A stretch of 64,000 bases of DNA, from positions 67,363-131,362 of the forward strand of contig CAZFTP010000004.1 in the NCBI GenBank assembly GCA_964521915.1. Direction: 5' to 3'. This DNA is from an uncultured Candidatus Marinamargulisbacteria bacterium. GTDB lineage: Bacteria > Margulisbacteria > Marinamargulisbacteria > CAZFTP01. A program made the translations under genes and the position numbers. The notes beneath the pieces were generated by a model. That model was not told where the DNA came from and did not search any database. It saw nothing but the letters and a program-made list of their open reading frames with translations. The first letter of the stretch is position 1; the number at the start of each line of letters is the position of its first letter. This document shows, in pieces, positions 1 to 9,772 of the stretch.

Positions 1-147
1 TTACCTGATCCGGAAGAACCCATAATTGCAGAATAATCTCCTTTATTAATATCTAAGGTTACCCCATTTAATACCAATAATTCTTTTGTTTCTATTTTAT
101 AAATTTTTACTAAATCTTTAATTTTAATTATTGTCTCTGACATCATA
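1..147 (-). CDS. ABC transporter ATP-binding protein, N-terminal part (gene continues beyond window start)
   Basis: Reverse complement of 1-147 reads MMSETIIKIKDLVKIYKIETKELLVLNGVTLDINKGDYSAIMGSSGSG, a typical ABC ATPase N-terminus running into the Walker A motif. It lies directly downstream of the permease gene in the same operon. Confidence 0.6.
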
Positions 148-166
148 ACCTCATTATGCTTTTATA

Positions 167-1309
167 TTAATCAAACCGTATTGCATCCACAATTTTCATT
201 TTTGCCGCTTTTCTTGCAGGTATCATACCAAAAACTACGCCTAACAAAAAAGCGGCAGAAAAAGAAACTATCACTGATAAAATAGTAATAGGTAAAGCAA
301 CTCCAATAATTAAAGAAGTTATTAAGCAAATAATTATCCCTACTACAATACCTAAAGAACCACCTAATAAACCAATAAAACTAGCTTCAATTAAAAACTG
401 AAATAAAATTATTTTATTTTCTGCACCTATTGCTTTTAAAATCCCTATCTCACTAGTTCTATCTCTAACAGAAATTAACATAATATTACTTAAACCCATA
501 CCGCCAATAAAAAATGCTACTATAGCACCTATAACTAAACCTAATTTAATATTAGCTAAAATACTTTCTGTAGTTTTAATACTATCTAAATCATATTGTA
601 AATTAACTGTAGTGCTTTTACTAAAACGCTTAAAAATGTTTTGCAGTAAAAAAGCAGTTGCTTCAATTTCACGGTAATCCTTTACTTTAATTAATAATGA
701 TTTAGCATTTTTTAATTTTTGCGATGTACAAGGTATCAAAATTTGCGGTAAATAACTACTTTGATATTGCAAATTAGACAAATTTTGATATAAACCCACA
801 ATGCGGTATTTTGAACCATTTAAACTAATACTTTTGTTGATAATAGGCGGTAATTTATAAGGAGCTGGTATATTTACATGATTTTCCAATAAACAAATCT
901 GATTACCTAATTGCACATCAGTATCTCTGATAAAATCACCGAATAACATTTTATAATTAAGATTAAAATCAAAAAAATTACCATCAATAGATTTTACAAG
1001 AACCGGTAATTTTTTATACATTAAAATAATATTGGTATATTGCGAATCTGCATCAATAGATAAATTTTTGAAAAACTTTTTATAGCGAAAAATTCTTAAA
1101 TCAATATTATTTTGCGAAGATGCCTGAATTGTATCTAACCCCATGGATGTAAATTGGTTATATAAAATAGCATTAGTCCCTTTTTCTAGACTAAAAATAA
1201 TAATTAAAGGCGCTATGGCAAAAATCATACTAATAATCAAAATAATACTTTTTACTTTATTTTGCCGCAGATTAAATAGCGCATTCTGAATGTAATATAA
1301 AATATTCAT
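167..1309 (-). CDS. ABC transporter permease, FtsX/MacB-type (DevC-like), with large periplasmic domain
   Basis: 380 aa. N-terminal TM helix, about 230 aa extracytoplasmic domain, then three C-terminal TM helices (FtsX fold). Sits in an operon with HlyD and TolC genes. Confidence 0.65.
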   Translation of the reverse strand: MNILYYIQNALFNLRQNKVKSIILIISMIFAIAPLIIIFSLEKGTNAILYNQFTSMGLDTIQASSQNNIDLRIFRYKKFFKNLSIDADSQYTNIILMYKKLPVLVKSIDGNFFDFNLNYKMLFGDFIRDTDVQLGNQICLLENHVNIPAPYKLPPIINKSISLNGSKYRIVGLYQNLSNLQYQSSYLPQILIPCTSQKLKNAKSLLIKVKDYREIEATAFLLQNIFKRFSKSTTVNLQYDLDSIKTTESILANIKLGLVIGAIVAFFIGGMGLSNIMLISVRDRTSEIGILKAIGAENKIILFQFLIEASFIGLLGGSLGIVVGIIICLITSLIIGVALPITILSVIVSFSAAFLLGVVFGMIPARKAAKMKIVDAIRFD

Positions 1310-1311
1310 AT

Positions 1312-2460
1312 TTAATTATTCAAAAAGGGGTAAATATCTAAAAATTGCTGATAAGAATTTATTAAAATTACATTTTTCAATAAATTAGCATCGGCATTTA
1401 AAATTTCAACGTAATTACCATCATTTATACCAACTTTTACTGAAACCTTTTTTATTTGATTTTTAGTTTTATCCAAAACCGCAACATAATAATTATCATT
1501 AGCAATCCAAAGGGTATCAATAGGTAAAACCCAGGCATCTTGCTTTTCCGCTAAAGTTAATTGGGCACTAACATAAGTACCCAGATAAATTTTTTCCGGA
1601 TATTTAGATTGAAAAGAACAAATTATAGAAATCTGACCTTGATTCTGGTTACTACCATACCCTCCTCCGCCACCACTGCCAGCATTAGTATTTTGTTGAA
1701 TACTAACAAAATCAGCTTTTACCTGACCGTCTGGTATAGAAGAACCGCTTAAAAGTATAGGAATTCCTGCTTTTAAATAAGGAATATAATCTTGTAATAA
1801 AGTGATAACAACCGATAATTTACTCATATTGGCAATTGAAAGTAAATCATTACCGGCAGATACATTCGCTTCTAAAGAAGTTGCTATTTTGGTTATTTTT
1901 CCATCAAAAGGGGCATAAACTTTAGCATAATTTAATAGTTTTTCTTTATTGGCTAAATCCATTTGTGACTTTTTGTAAGAATAATTTTGTTTTTTTAAAG
2001 AAATTTGACCTTGTAAATAATCATCTTTAGAAGCTGATTTTAAATTAAATAAAACTTCGGTTTCATTATACTTACGCTTTGCCATATCTAAATCAAGCCC
2101 AGCTAAAATTAAATTTGTTCTAGAATCATTTATATCTTGAAGTAATTTTGTTTGATCTAATTCCACCAATAAAGCATTTTGCTTAACAAAATCTCCTTCA
2201 TTATAAGGTAAAGCAATTATTCTGCCATCCATTTGCGATTTTAAATTAACTAATTGGTTAGATTGAATATAGCCATCTGCATTTACATTTAAGACAATAT
2301 TACGTTTTTCTGCAGAAACCAGTTTAAACTTGCTTAAAATTTTGGTATCTAATTTTGGCTCAGTTGTAACTGTATTTTGATCAACTTTATTATTATCACT
2401 ACAAGCTGTTAAAAAAACAAAAATAAAACATAATATTAATACCCCTACTCTTTTTAACAT
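1312..2460 (-). CDS. HlyD-family periplasmic adaptor (membrane fusion protein) of tripartite efflux pump
   Basis: 382 aa. Lipoprotein-like signal (LTACS), coiled-coil segment, beta-barrel/lipoyl-like regions typical of MFPs. Gly-rich linker. Confidence 0.65.
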   Translation of the reverse strand: MLKRVGVLILCFIFVFLTACSDNNKVDQNTVTTEPKLDTKILSKFKLVSAEKRNIVLNVNADGYIQSNQLVNLKSQMDGRIIALPYNEGDFVKQNALLVELDQTKLLQDINDSRTNLILAGLDLDMAKRKYNETEVLFNLKSASKDDYLQGQISLKKQNYSYKKSQMDLANKEKLLNYAKVYAPFDGKITKIATSLEANVSAGNDLLSIANMSKLSVVITLLQDYIPYLKAGIPILLSGSSIPDGQVKADFVSIQQNTNAGSGGGGGYGSNQNQGQISIICSFQSKYPEKIYLGTYVSAQLTLAEKQDAWVLPIDTLWIANDNYYVAVLDKTKNQIKKVSVKVGINDGNYVEILNADANLLKNVILINSYQQFLDIYPFLNN

Positions 2461-2482
2461 TAAGTAACTCCTTATAAATTTA

Positions 2483-3892
2483 TTATTTTATTAGTTTTAA
2501 TTGCCCTTTTAATACTTTTTCGTACCAGGCATTAACCCCTTCAAATTCCAAAATAATAGAAGAATAACTTTGAAATAAAGATTGCAAAGTGTTTTCATAA
2601 TTATTTTGCTGGTTAGTATAATCATTTCTTCTATCCACAAAAATTTGCAAACTTAATTGCCCAATAGAATACTGTACAGTATAAATTTTTATTAATTGTT
2701 TTTGGATTTCTAATTGTTTTTTTGCCATTTGATAATTCCGAATATTTGTTTGAAAAGTATTAACTAAAGTTTCCAAATAAATTCTTCTAGATAAAATAGC
2801 ATTTTCAAAAGAATTAACACTATCTTTATAACTACTTAATTGGCTAGACATACTATTTTCATATTCCGGCTCATTAAATAATGGGTAAGAAACACCGGCA
2901 GAAGTTGAAAAAGGCCAATCTCTAAAATTAGTGTTAGTTGAATTCAGATTAGCATTTAAAACCAAACTAGGTGTAACTTTACTACGATTTGATTTTAAGG
3001 AAACTTCAGAATCTTTTAAATTCATTTTATTAACTATTAAAGTAGGGTTCATAATTGCTTGTTCAATATCAGGAATAACGTATTTTTCATAAGGGATTAT
3101 TTCTAAATCTACCGGGTTTAAATCTATATTAGCTGTATCTGGGATATTTAAGAGCTGTTTAAAATTTTTCAAAGAAATTTCTATATTATTTCTCATGCTC
3201 AAAATATTATTAGCACTTTGTAATTGTTGTACTTCACTTTCCATTAAAACCATTTCTTTTGTTTTTCCTAATTCAACTTCTTTAGTAGAAATTTCAGAAA
3301 ATCTTTTATAAAAACTATATTTTTCTTCTTCAAAATTCATACTTTTCAAAGATTGTAAAATTTGAAAATAATTACTGATAATACTAAGAATTAAACTTTT
3401 TTCTGTATCTAATAAAGATAACTGAGATTTAATTAAACTACGATCTAAATTATCTGCCGAATAATCATTATAATACATTAAATTAGCATCTAGTGGCATA
3501 CTTACATTAACAAAAGGTGAAACCCCGATAGTGGCGTTACTTGAACGAGAACTTGATTGAGCTAAATTTAACCCGGTATTTAAAGTACTACCCCAAATAA
3601 ATGGTTTATTTAACTGTCCTGATAAACTATTAGAAAAAGAATTAGTATAATTACTAGCATTAACAGAACCAGAATAAGAATATTTTAGACCACGGTTAAT
3701 ATCTTGTATTTTTAAACCTAGTTTACTACGATATAAATCGTTTACAGAAATAGCAAAACTACCTTTAGGGTTTACTTTAGCATAATAGATAGCTTCAGCT
3801 AAATTAATATTAACTGTTGCCGGTAAATCTTGTGAAAAAATAACAGACTTAAACAAAACAATAAAAACAATACAAATTATTATTCTTTTCAT
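2483..3892 (-). CDS. TolC-like outer membrane efflux protein
   Basis: 469 aa. Signal peptide and two repeated coiled-coil/beta segments with Q/L/N-rich heptads typical of OEP/TolC. First gene of the tolC-mfp-permease-ATPase operon. Confidence 0.6.
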   Translation of the reverse strand: MKRIIICIVFIVLFKSVIFSQDLPATVNINLAEAIYYAKVNPKGSFAISVNDLYRSKLGLKIQDINRGLKYSYSGSVNASNYTNSFSNSLSGQLNKPFIWGSTLNTGLNLAQSSSRSSNATIGVSPFVNVSMPLDANLMYYNDYSADNLDRSLIKSQLSLLDTEKSLILSIISNYFQILQSLKSMNFEEEKYSFYKRFSEISTKEVELGKTKEMVLMESEVQQLQSANNILSMRNNIEISLKNFKQLLNIPDTANIDLNPVDLEIIPYEKYVIPDIEQAIMNPTLIVNKMNLKDSEVSLKSNRSKVTPSLVLNANLNSTNTNFRDWPFSTSAGVSYPLFNEPEYENSMSSQLSSYKDSVNSFENAILSRRIYLETLVNTFQTNIRNYQMAKKQLEIQKQLIKIYTVQYSIGQLSLQIFVDRRNDYTNQQNNYENTLQSLFQSYSSIILEFEGVNAWYEKVLKGQLKLIK

Positions 3893-4023
3893 TATTTTTT
3901 TATTATAGAATATAAATGCTTAAAAAAAAACCATTCAACTAAGAATGTTATCTCAATTTGCCAAAATTAAAAAGTAAGAATATAATTATTAGGTTTGTTT
4001 TTTGAGGAAGAAAAAATATTTTC

Positions 4024-4051
4024 CCCAGGGTTTAAGGGACGGAGTCCCTTA
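4024..4051. repeat. GC-rich hairpin repeat module (TAAGGGAC-GGA-GTCCCTTA) of dispersed family
   Basis: Perfect 8-bp stem. The same 25-nt core recurs at 9046-9070, 10999-11027 and inside metH (53745-53770). Confidence 0.7.
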
Positions 4052-4070
4052 GAAATAATCTTTATTTCGC

Positions 4071-4101
4071 ACCTCTTTTTTTGCGAAGCAAAAAAAGAGG
4101 T
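4071..4101. promoter_or_regulatory. Perfect 14-bp-stem hairpin ACCTCTTTTTTTGC-GAA-GCAAAAAAAGAGGT, 45 nt upstream of the PFOR start
   Basis: Seen directly. The stem contains a T7/A7 tract. Could be a bidirectional terminator/attenuator or a protein-binding site. Confidence 0.4.
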
Positions 4102-4145
4102 ACATAAAAACACTAACGCCGTTAGGCAAAAAAAGGAGCAAAATA

Positions 4146-7100
4146 ATGAGTAAATCAAAATCCCCAAAATACAAAGGAACCAAAATAACCACCAACGGTA
4201 ACCAGCTAGTCTCGTTACACGTAGAAGCCAGAGTAGCAGATGCAGGTATCTTCTACCCTATTACACCTTCTACAGAACAAGGTGAAAATTTTGAGTTTTC
4301 TTTTGCCAGAGGCGAATTAAACGTTTTTGGTAATGCTAAAATGGCTATAGAAACAGAAGGTGAACACGCCGCTCAAGGTGGTGCTATTGCTTACTCATTA
4401 ACCGGTAAACGGGTAGTAAATTTTACTTCCAGCCAAGGTTTGGTATATGGTTTAGAACAATATTTTCATGCTCCGGGAAAAATGTCTTCTATGGTATTGG
4501 AAGTTGCCGCACGTGCATTAACCAAAAGTGCACTTAACGTGCATTGTAGCCATGATGATATCTATGCCGCAATTAATACCGGTTGGTCAATTCTTTTCGG
4601 TAAAGATGCCCAACAAGCCGCTGACCAAGCCCTAATTTTAAGAAAAGTTAATGAACTTGCTTTAACCCCTGGAATTAATGCTCAAGATGGATTTTTAACC
4701 AGCCATTTGGAAAGAACTTTTTTAAGACATGAATCTGATTTAATAAGAGAATTTCTAGGTCGCGCAGATGATATTATTGATACTCCTACCCCTGCTCAAA
4801 AAATTCTTTTCGGACCAAAAAGAAGAAGAGTACCGGAACTTTATGATTTAAAACAACCTATTTTACTTGGTCCGGTACAAAACCAAGAACATTATATGAA
4901 CGGTGTTGCGGCTAGAAGAAATACTTTCCAAAACGAAATTTTAGGGTTTTTAGAAAAAGCTTATGAAGAATTTGGCGAACTTACAGGTAGATATTATGGT
5001 TTAATTTCCGAATATAATACCAAAGATGCGGATACTGTTTTTATAGCTATGGGATCTGCGGCTGAAAATATTGAAGCGGCCGTTGATTATATCAAACAAA
5101 AAGACGGTATTAATATTGGTATAATTCATCTTAATGTTTATAGACCATTTCCAGAAAAAACTATAATTAATGCTTTAAAAGGTAAGAAAAACGTAATTGT
5201 TTTAGAAAGAACAGATTCACAAGCTTGCGGTGATAATCCTCTAACTAAAGATATTAAAGCATCTCTTTATAAAGCATTAGAAAATTCCAGAACTAATGCT
5301 TATGCAGATCTACCAAGTATGACCATTGATGAAATGCCGGAAATTTTTTCAGGTGTTTATGGTTTAGGATCAAGAGATTTTCGTCCTGAAGATGTGCTTG
5401 GTGCTTACGAATTTGTGGTTAAAGGTAGTAAACGTCAAGACGGTTTAACTGCAAAAGATGGTCAAAGATTCTTTTATTTAGGTATAAATCATGAATACAA
5501 TGTTGTATCAAAAGACAAACCAAGTTTATTGCCGGATAAAGCCATTGCCATTAGATTTCATTCTATTGGTGGTTGGGGAGCAATTACCACTGGTAAAAAC
5601 TTATCAGAAATTTTAGGTGAATTAGGCGATCTAATTAAAAAAAGAGATTTTCCGAATGAAGATAAAGACGTATTACAGATTTCAGCTAACCCTAAATACG
5701 GTTCTGAGAAAAAAGGTGCGCCAACCAATTATTTTTTAGTAGTAGCACCAGAAAGAATCAGAGTTAATTGCGATTTAAAACACGTTGATGTAGTGCTATG
5801 TTGTGACCCTAAAGCCTTTACACATACAGATCCATTAGAAGGTTTAAAAGAAGGTGGTGCTTTTATTTGGGAAAGCCACGAAACAGACCCTGCTAAAGTT
5901 TGGGAACGAATTCCGGTAAAAAGAAGACAAGAAATTATTGATAAAAAAATTAAGATTTATGCTTTAAATGGTTTTAAAATAGCGGCGCTTGCTACTGATA
6001 AACCGGAATTACAATTAAGAATGCAAGGCAACTCTTTCTTAGGAGCATTTTTTAGAGTTTCTTCATTCTTAAATGATAATAAAATTAAAGCCGATGAATT
6101 TGAAAAATTCGTAGAAAAACAATATCACAAAAAATTTGGTAAGTTAGGAGAAGCGGTTGTAAAATCTAATATGACCGTAATGAAAGATGGTTTTGACAAA
6201 GTAATGGAAGTACCGGTTGGAGATATAAAGGCACCTGATAAATCTCTTTTTACCGGCACAAAATGTTTACCTTGTAATGTAGATAAATTTGTTAATTCTG
6301 AAGATTACGAAAACCTAGCTCCCTTCTATAAAAAAGAAACTTTTGATAAAGAATTTAGAGGTGGTTACGGTTATTTTCAACCAGCATCAGCTTATGCTTC
6401 TACCGGAGCAATGGCGGCAGGTACCGGCGCGGACAGTAGCAAATTCGTTGCCAGAAGAAAAATCCCTTGCTATGACCCGACAAAATGTATTGAATGCTTA
6501 GACTGTATTACGGTTTGCCCAGACAGCGCATTACCAAATACTGCTCAAGATATATTTACTGTTTTAGAAACAGCAATTAAACATTACGTAAGTGATACAA
6601 CGCTTATCCCCGGTTTAATGGCAGTTGCTAAAAAAGCTGAACCGGAAATCAGAAAAATTATGCTAGTTGAAGCGCAAAAAAAAGATGAACCAACCAGAAT
6701 ATTTACTGAAATTGCTTTTACGGAAATCAGCCGTTTAGCAAAAGGAACTGCTGATTTAAAATCTAAACCTAATTTTGATAAAAGTCTAACCGAACTTAAT
6801 AATATCTTAAGTAAATTACCATTTAGCTATGCCAAAACTCCTCAAATTTTCTTAGCTATGGAAAAGAAAAATCCGGGTAGCGGTGGTGTATTTGGTATTT
6901 TTATTAATGATCTTTGTAAAGGTTGCGGTCAATGTGTAAAAGCTTGCGGAAATAGAAATGCCTTAACCATGCAAGCAGAAACAGAAGAAATTAATGCCGA
7001 TATTCATACTAGTAATGAATTCTTAAAATTACTACCGGAAACAAACCAAAAATATTTGGGTTTATATAACAGCGAAAACCCGGAAGAATCAAAAAGTGCG

Positions 7101-8858
7101 GCTTTACGTTATTTATTAATGCAAAAAAGTAAATATGCGGCAATAGTTTCCGGTGAAGGAGCTTGTGCTGGTTGTGGAGAAAAATCTGTATTAAGAAATA
7201 TTTCTGCTATAACCGAAGCTTATATGAGACCTATTTATAAAAGAAAAGCTGAAAGATTACTAGAAAAATCAAAATCACTTAAAAAAGATGGCTTGGCCAA
7301 ATTAAATAAGTTGGAAAAAGAAAATCCGCAAAGCTTTGAGTTTTTGAAACGAACAATTCTACATACCTTATTTAAACTTGGTGGAGAAAACTTAGAAGAT
7401 AGCTTGAAAAGGATTGATGGTTTTAAATGTACTAATCAAGAATTAATTGATGCAGTATGTATGGTGCTTGAACAAGATGCGCATAATCATAAAGATTTAC
7501 AAATTATGGAAGGTAAACTTGGTGATGGTCTTTGTGTAATGGGTATGACTGCTTCTACTGGTTGTAACAGTGTTTATAGTTCAACACCACCAGCAAACCC
7601 TCATACCTACCCTTGGATGAATTCTCTTTTCCAAGATGGCGCCACTATTGGTTGGTTGGTTGCAGAAAGTTTCATGCAAACTAATGCCAGAAGATCTGTA
7701 GTGCCAGAACGATTAGCAGACCATATTTTAGGAAACATAGATAAAACTTTCGAAGAATTACATTATTTTAAATATATCCATTTTAATGAACGTCACATGA
7801 CTGACCTGGAAATTCAAGAGCTACCGAAAATTTGGGCAATTGGCGGTGATGGCGCTTTTGGTGATATTGGCTTTCAAAACGTTTCAAAAGCCATCTTACA
7901 AAATCGTCCGAACTTAAAAATCTTGTTACTTGATACCCAAGTTTACTCAAATACAGGCGGTCAAAATTCAGATAGTTCGGTAATGTGTGGTGGTATTGAT
8001 ATGAACCAATTTGGTTTAGCCACTCAAGGTAAATTAACTGAGAAAAAAGAAGTTGCTCAAATTTTTACAGTTGGTCATGGAAGCCCTTTTGTTGCACAGG
8101 TTTCGATGGGTAATACCGCTAATTTCTTTAAAGCAATTCTTGATTGTTTAGCTTATCGTGGTTCTAGTTTTATTCAATCTTACACCCCTTGTATGCCAGA
8201 GCATGGAATTCCTGATGATTCGGCTTTTATTCAAGCTCAAAGATCTAAAGACAGTAGAAGCATGCCGGAATTAATTTTTAACCCAATGATTAGTGATTTA
8301 TACGGAGAATGCCTAAATATCAAAACTAATCCAAGTTATGACAAAGATTGGCATTTTAAAACTTTAGCCAATGGCGAAAAAATTAATTACACCGTAATTC
8401 AATGGGCAGTAACAGAAGCAAGATTTAGAAATCACTTCAAAAAAGCACCAACTGATTATGAAAAAACTTGTGTGAATTTGGATGATTTACTTTGGAGAGT
8501 AACCCAGCAAGATGTAGTATATCGCCGCGTATTTCATCATGATCACCGTGCTTATGTTCCTAAATTTGGTACTTATACTTTTATGGAAGATGGAAAAGGT
8601 GGAGTTGTTCCAATTATTATCAGTAGACAATTAGTATTATTTGCTATTGAAAGAAGACACAATTGGCGCAGATTACAAAGCTTAGCTAATATCACTAATT
8701 TAGACTACGAAACTCAAAAATTACTCTTAGAAAAATTTGAAAAAGGTGAAATAAGCCAACCTGATTTTATGAGTAAAACCAATGAACTGGCTACTCAAGT
8801 TAGAACAGAAGTTATTGAGAAAAAAAAAGCTCAGTTGAGTAGTATGTTAAGTAGTTAA
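4146..8858 (+). CDS. pyruvate:ferredoxin (flavodoxin) oxidoreductase family protein, unusually long (1570 aa)
   Basis: N-terminal PFOR domain I/II similarity. Two ferredoxin-type Cys clusters (CIECLDCITVCP and CKGCGQCVKACG). TPP-binding motif GDGAFGDIGFQN...LLDTQVYSNTGGQ. Strong upstream context. Confidence 0.8.
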   Translation: MSKSKSPKYKGTKITTNGNQLVSLHVEARVADAGIFYPITPSTEQGENFEFSFARGELNVFGNAKMAIETEGEHAAQGGAIAYSLTGKRVVNFTSSQGLVYGLEQYFHAPGKMSSMVLEVAARALTKSALNVHCSHDDIYAAINTGWSILFGKDAQQAADQALILRKVNELALTPGINAQDGFLTSHLERTFLRHESDLIREFLGRADDIIDTPTPAQKILFGPKRRRVPELYDLKQPILLGPVQNQEHYMNGVAARRNTFQNEILGFLEKAYEEFGELTGRYYGLISEYNTKDADTVFIAMGSAAENIEAAVDYIKQKDGINIGIIHLNVYRPFPEKTIINALKGKKNVIVLERTDSQACGDNPLTKDIKASLYKALENSRTNAYADLPSMTIDEMPEIFSGVYGLGSRDFRPEDVLGAYEFVVKGSKRQDGLTAKDGQRFFYLGINHEYNVVSKDKPSLLPDKAIAIRFHSIGGWGAITTGKNLSEILGELGDLIKKRDFPNEDKDVLQISANPKYGSEKKGAPTNYFLVVAPERIRVNCDLKHVDVVLCCDPKAFTHTDPLEGLKEGGAFIWESHETDPAKVWERIPVKRRQEIIDKKIKIYALNGFKIAALATDKPELQLRMQGNSFLGAFFRVSSFLNDNKIKADEFEKFVEKQYHKKFGKLGEAVVKSNMTVMKDGFDKVMEVPVGDIKAPDKSLFTGTKCLPCNVDKFVNSEDYENLAPFYKKETFDKEFRGGYGYFQPASAYASTGAMAAGTGADSSKFVARRKIPCYDPTKCIECLDCITVCPDSALPNTAQDIFTVLETAIKHYVSDTTLIPGLMAVAKKAEPEIRKIMLVEAQKKDEPTRIFTEIAFTEISRLAKGTADLKSKPNFDKSLTELNNILSKLPFSYAKTPQIFLAMEKKNPGSGGVFGIFINDLCKGCGQCVKACGNRNALTMQAETEEINADIHTSNEFLKLLPETNQKYLGLYNSENPEESKSAALRYLLMQKSKYAAIVSGEGACAGCGEKSVLRNISAITEAYMRPIYKRKAERLLEKSKSLKKDGLAKLNKLEKENPQSFEFLKRTILHTLFKLGGENLEDSLKRIDGFKCTNQELIDAVCMVLEQDAHNHKDLQIMEGKLGDGLCVMGMTASTGCNSVYSSTPPANPHTYPWMNSLFQDGATIGWLVAESFMQTNARRSVVPERLADHILGNIDKTFEELHYFKYIHFNERHMTDLEIQELPKIWAIGGDGAFGDIGFQNVSKAILQNRPNLKILLLDTQVYSNTGGQNSDSSVMCGGIDMNQFGLATQGKLTEKKEVAQIFTVGHGSPFVAQVSMGNTANFFKAILDCLAYRGSSFIQSYTPCMPEHGIPDDSAFIQAQRSKDSRSMPELIFNPMISDLYGECLNIKTNPSYDKDWHFKTLANGEKINYTVIQWAVTEARFRNHFKKAPTDYEKTCVNLDDLLWRVTQQDVVYRRVFHHDHRAYVPKFGTYTFMEDGKGGVVPIIISRQLVLFAIERRHNWRRLQSLANITNLDYETQKLLLEKFEKGEISQPDFMSKTNELATQVRTEVIEKKKAQLSSMLSS

Positions 8859-9125
8859 GGGTTTAAGAACTGTCTGAACCAGGATTTACAGGATTAAATG
8901 ATTAGAACTCTAGGAGACAGAAGACAGGAGTCAGGAGACGGGAGAAAAAAAACCGGGGATTTAAAGGGGTGAAACCCCTTTATAAAAATTATCTCTTCCT
9001 CGGGGTATAAGGGGTCTGCCCCTTAAGAAAAGATATCTCCCCCGGGGTTTAAGGGACGGAGTCCCTTAGAAAACATACCTTCTTCGAATACCCAGGTGGC
9101 AAAGCCACTTGGGTATACATAAATC
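8859..9125. repeat. Composite intergenic repeat element: purine-rich GGAGACAG repeats, three GC hairpin modules and a CCCAGGTGGC-AAA-GCCACTTGGG hairpin followed by TATACATAAA
   Basis: Homologous composite copy at 29141-29325 with the same module order. Individual hairpin modules recur elsewhere in the window. Confidence 0.7.
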
Positions 9126-9181
9126 TTCTTTATTTCAAAATAAATCAAATGCTATAATTAATAAAAAAAGGAGGCTTCATC

Positions 9182-9658
9182 ATGAAAAAAATATTTCTAT
9201 TGGTAATATTTTGTTTTTTAATTTTAACTTCAATGGGAAAGGTATTTGGAGATTATAAAATTATTAATAATTCTTCAATTACTGTATATTATACTACCTA
9301 TACAAATTTCCAATTAATCTTTAATGGCATGCAATCAACAAAGGATTTTGACCCGTCTCAACTTTTTCAATCAAATTTTTTTTACGAAGTTGGAGGTATA
9401 CCGGAATCAATTTTAACACCTGCAACCTCTGTTGCCTTACAATCTGAAAAACTTAATTGTATAAATCCTAATGCCACATTTAGTAGTAAGTTGAATGTTA
9501 ATGATTTAGTAATCATGCTTCTTATCCCTACTTATACAATGGCTACTCAATACTATATGGCTATAATTTATTTGCCTCAGTATTATGATAAAAATCTAAC
9601 AAATCCAACTTTTACCTTTGATACAAATGGTAATATAACTGTTACTAATAGTAAATAA
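9182..9658 (+). CDS. hypothetical secreted protein
   Basis: 158 aa. Strong RBS AAGGAGG 7 nt upstream. N-terminal signal peptide. No recognisable domain. Confidence 0.5.
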   Translation: MKKIFLLVIFCFLILTSMGKVFGDYKIINNSSITVYYTTYTNFQLIFNGMQSTKDFDPSQLFQSNFFYEVGGIPESILTPATSVALQSEKLNCINPNATFSSKLNVNDLVIMLLIPTYTMATQYYMAIIYLPQYYDKNLTNPTFTFDTNGNITVTNSK

Positions 9659-9686
9659 TATTAGGTCATTCTACTAAAAAACTTTT

Positions 9687-9733
9687 TCTCCCAATTATTT
9701 ACGGAAGTTTCCTTAGTAATTGGGAGATATTCT
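9687..9733 (+). terminator. candidate rho-independent terminator (11-bp perfect inverted repeat TCTCCCAATTA ... TAATTGGGAGA, then TATTCTT)
   Basis: Stem-loop 30 nt after the stop of the 9182-9658 ORF. Confidence 0.35.
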
Positions 9734-9772
9734 TACTAGACAATCTAACCAAAAATAAAATATAATAACGTC

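Noticed and set aside
1561-1752. Short ORFs 1561-1752, 12902-13141, 15579-15761, 17109-17309, 17568-17807, 26337-26591, 35184-35375, 36850-37125, 37451-37633, 41665-41889, 43228-43413, 47118-47345, 56328-56591, 59371-59553, 62129-62398
   Set aside because: All lie inside or antisense to longer ORFs with clear homology-type motifs. None has start-codon context or domain features.
3967-4167. 66-aa minus-strand ORF across the PFOR promoter and start
   Set aside because: Overlaps the PFOR start and the hairpin/repeat region. Hydrophobic low-complexity product. No RBS.
4146-8858. Possibility that the 1570-aa PFOR ORF is two fused or mis-joined genes
   Set aside because: Domain order (I, II, III, ferredoxin, TPP) is collinear with single-chain PFOR. 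Extra length is distributed as internal insertions, not a second gene.
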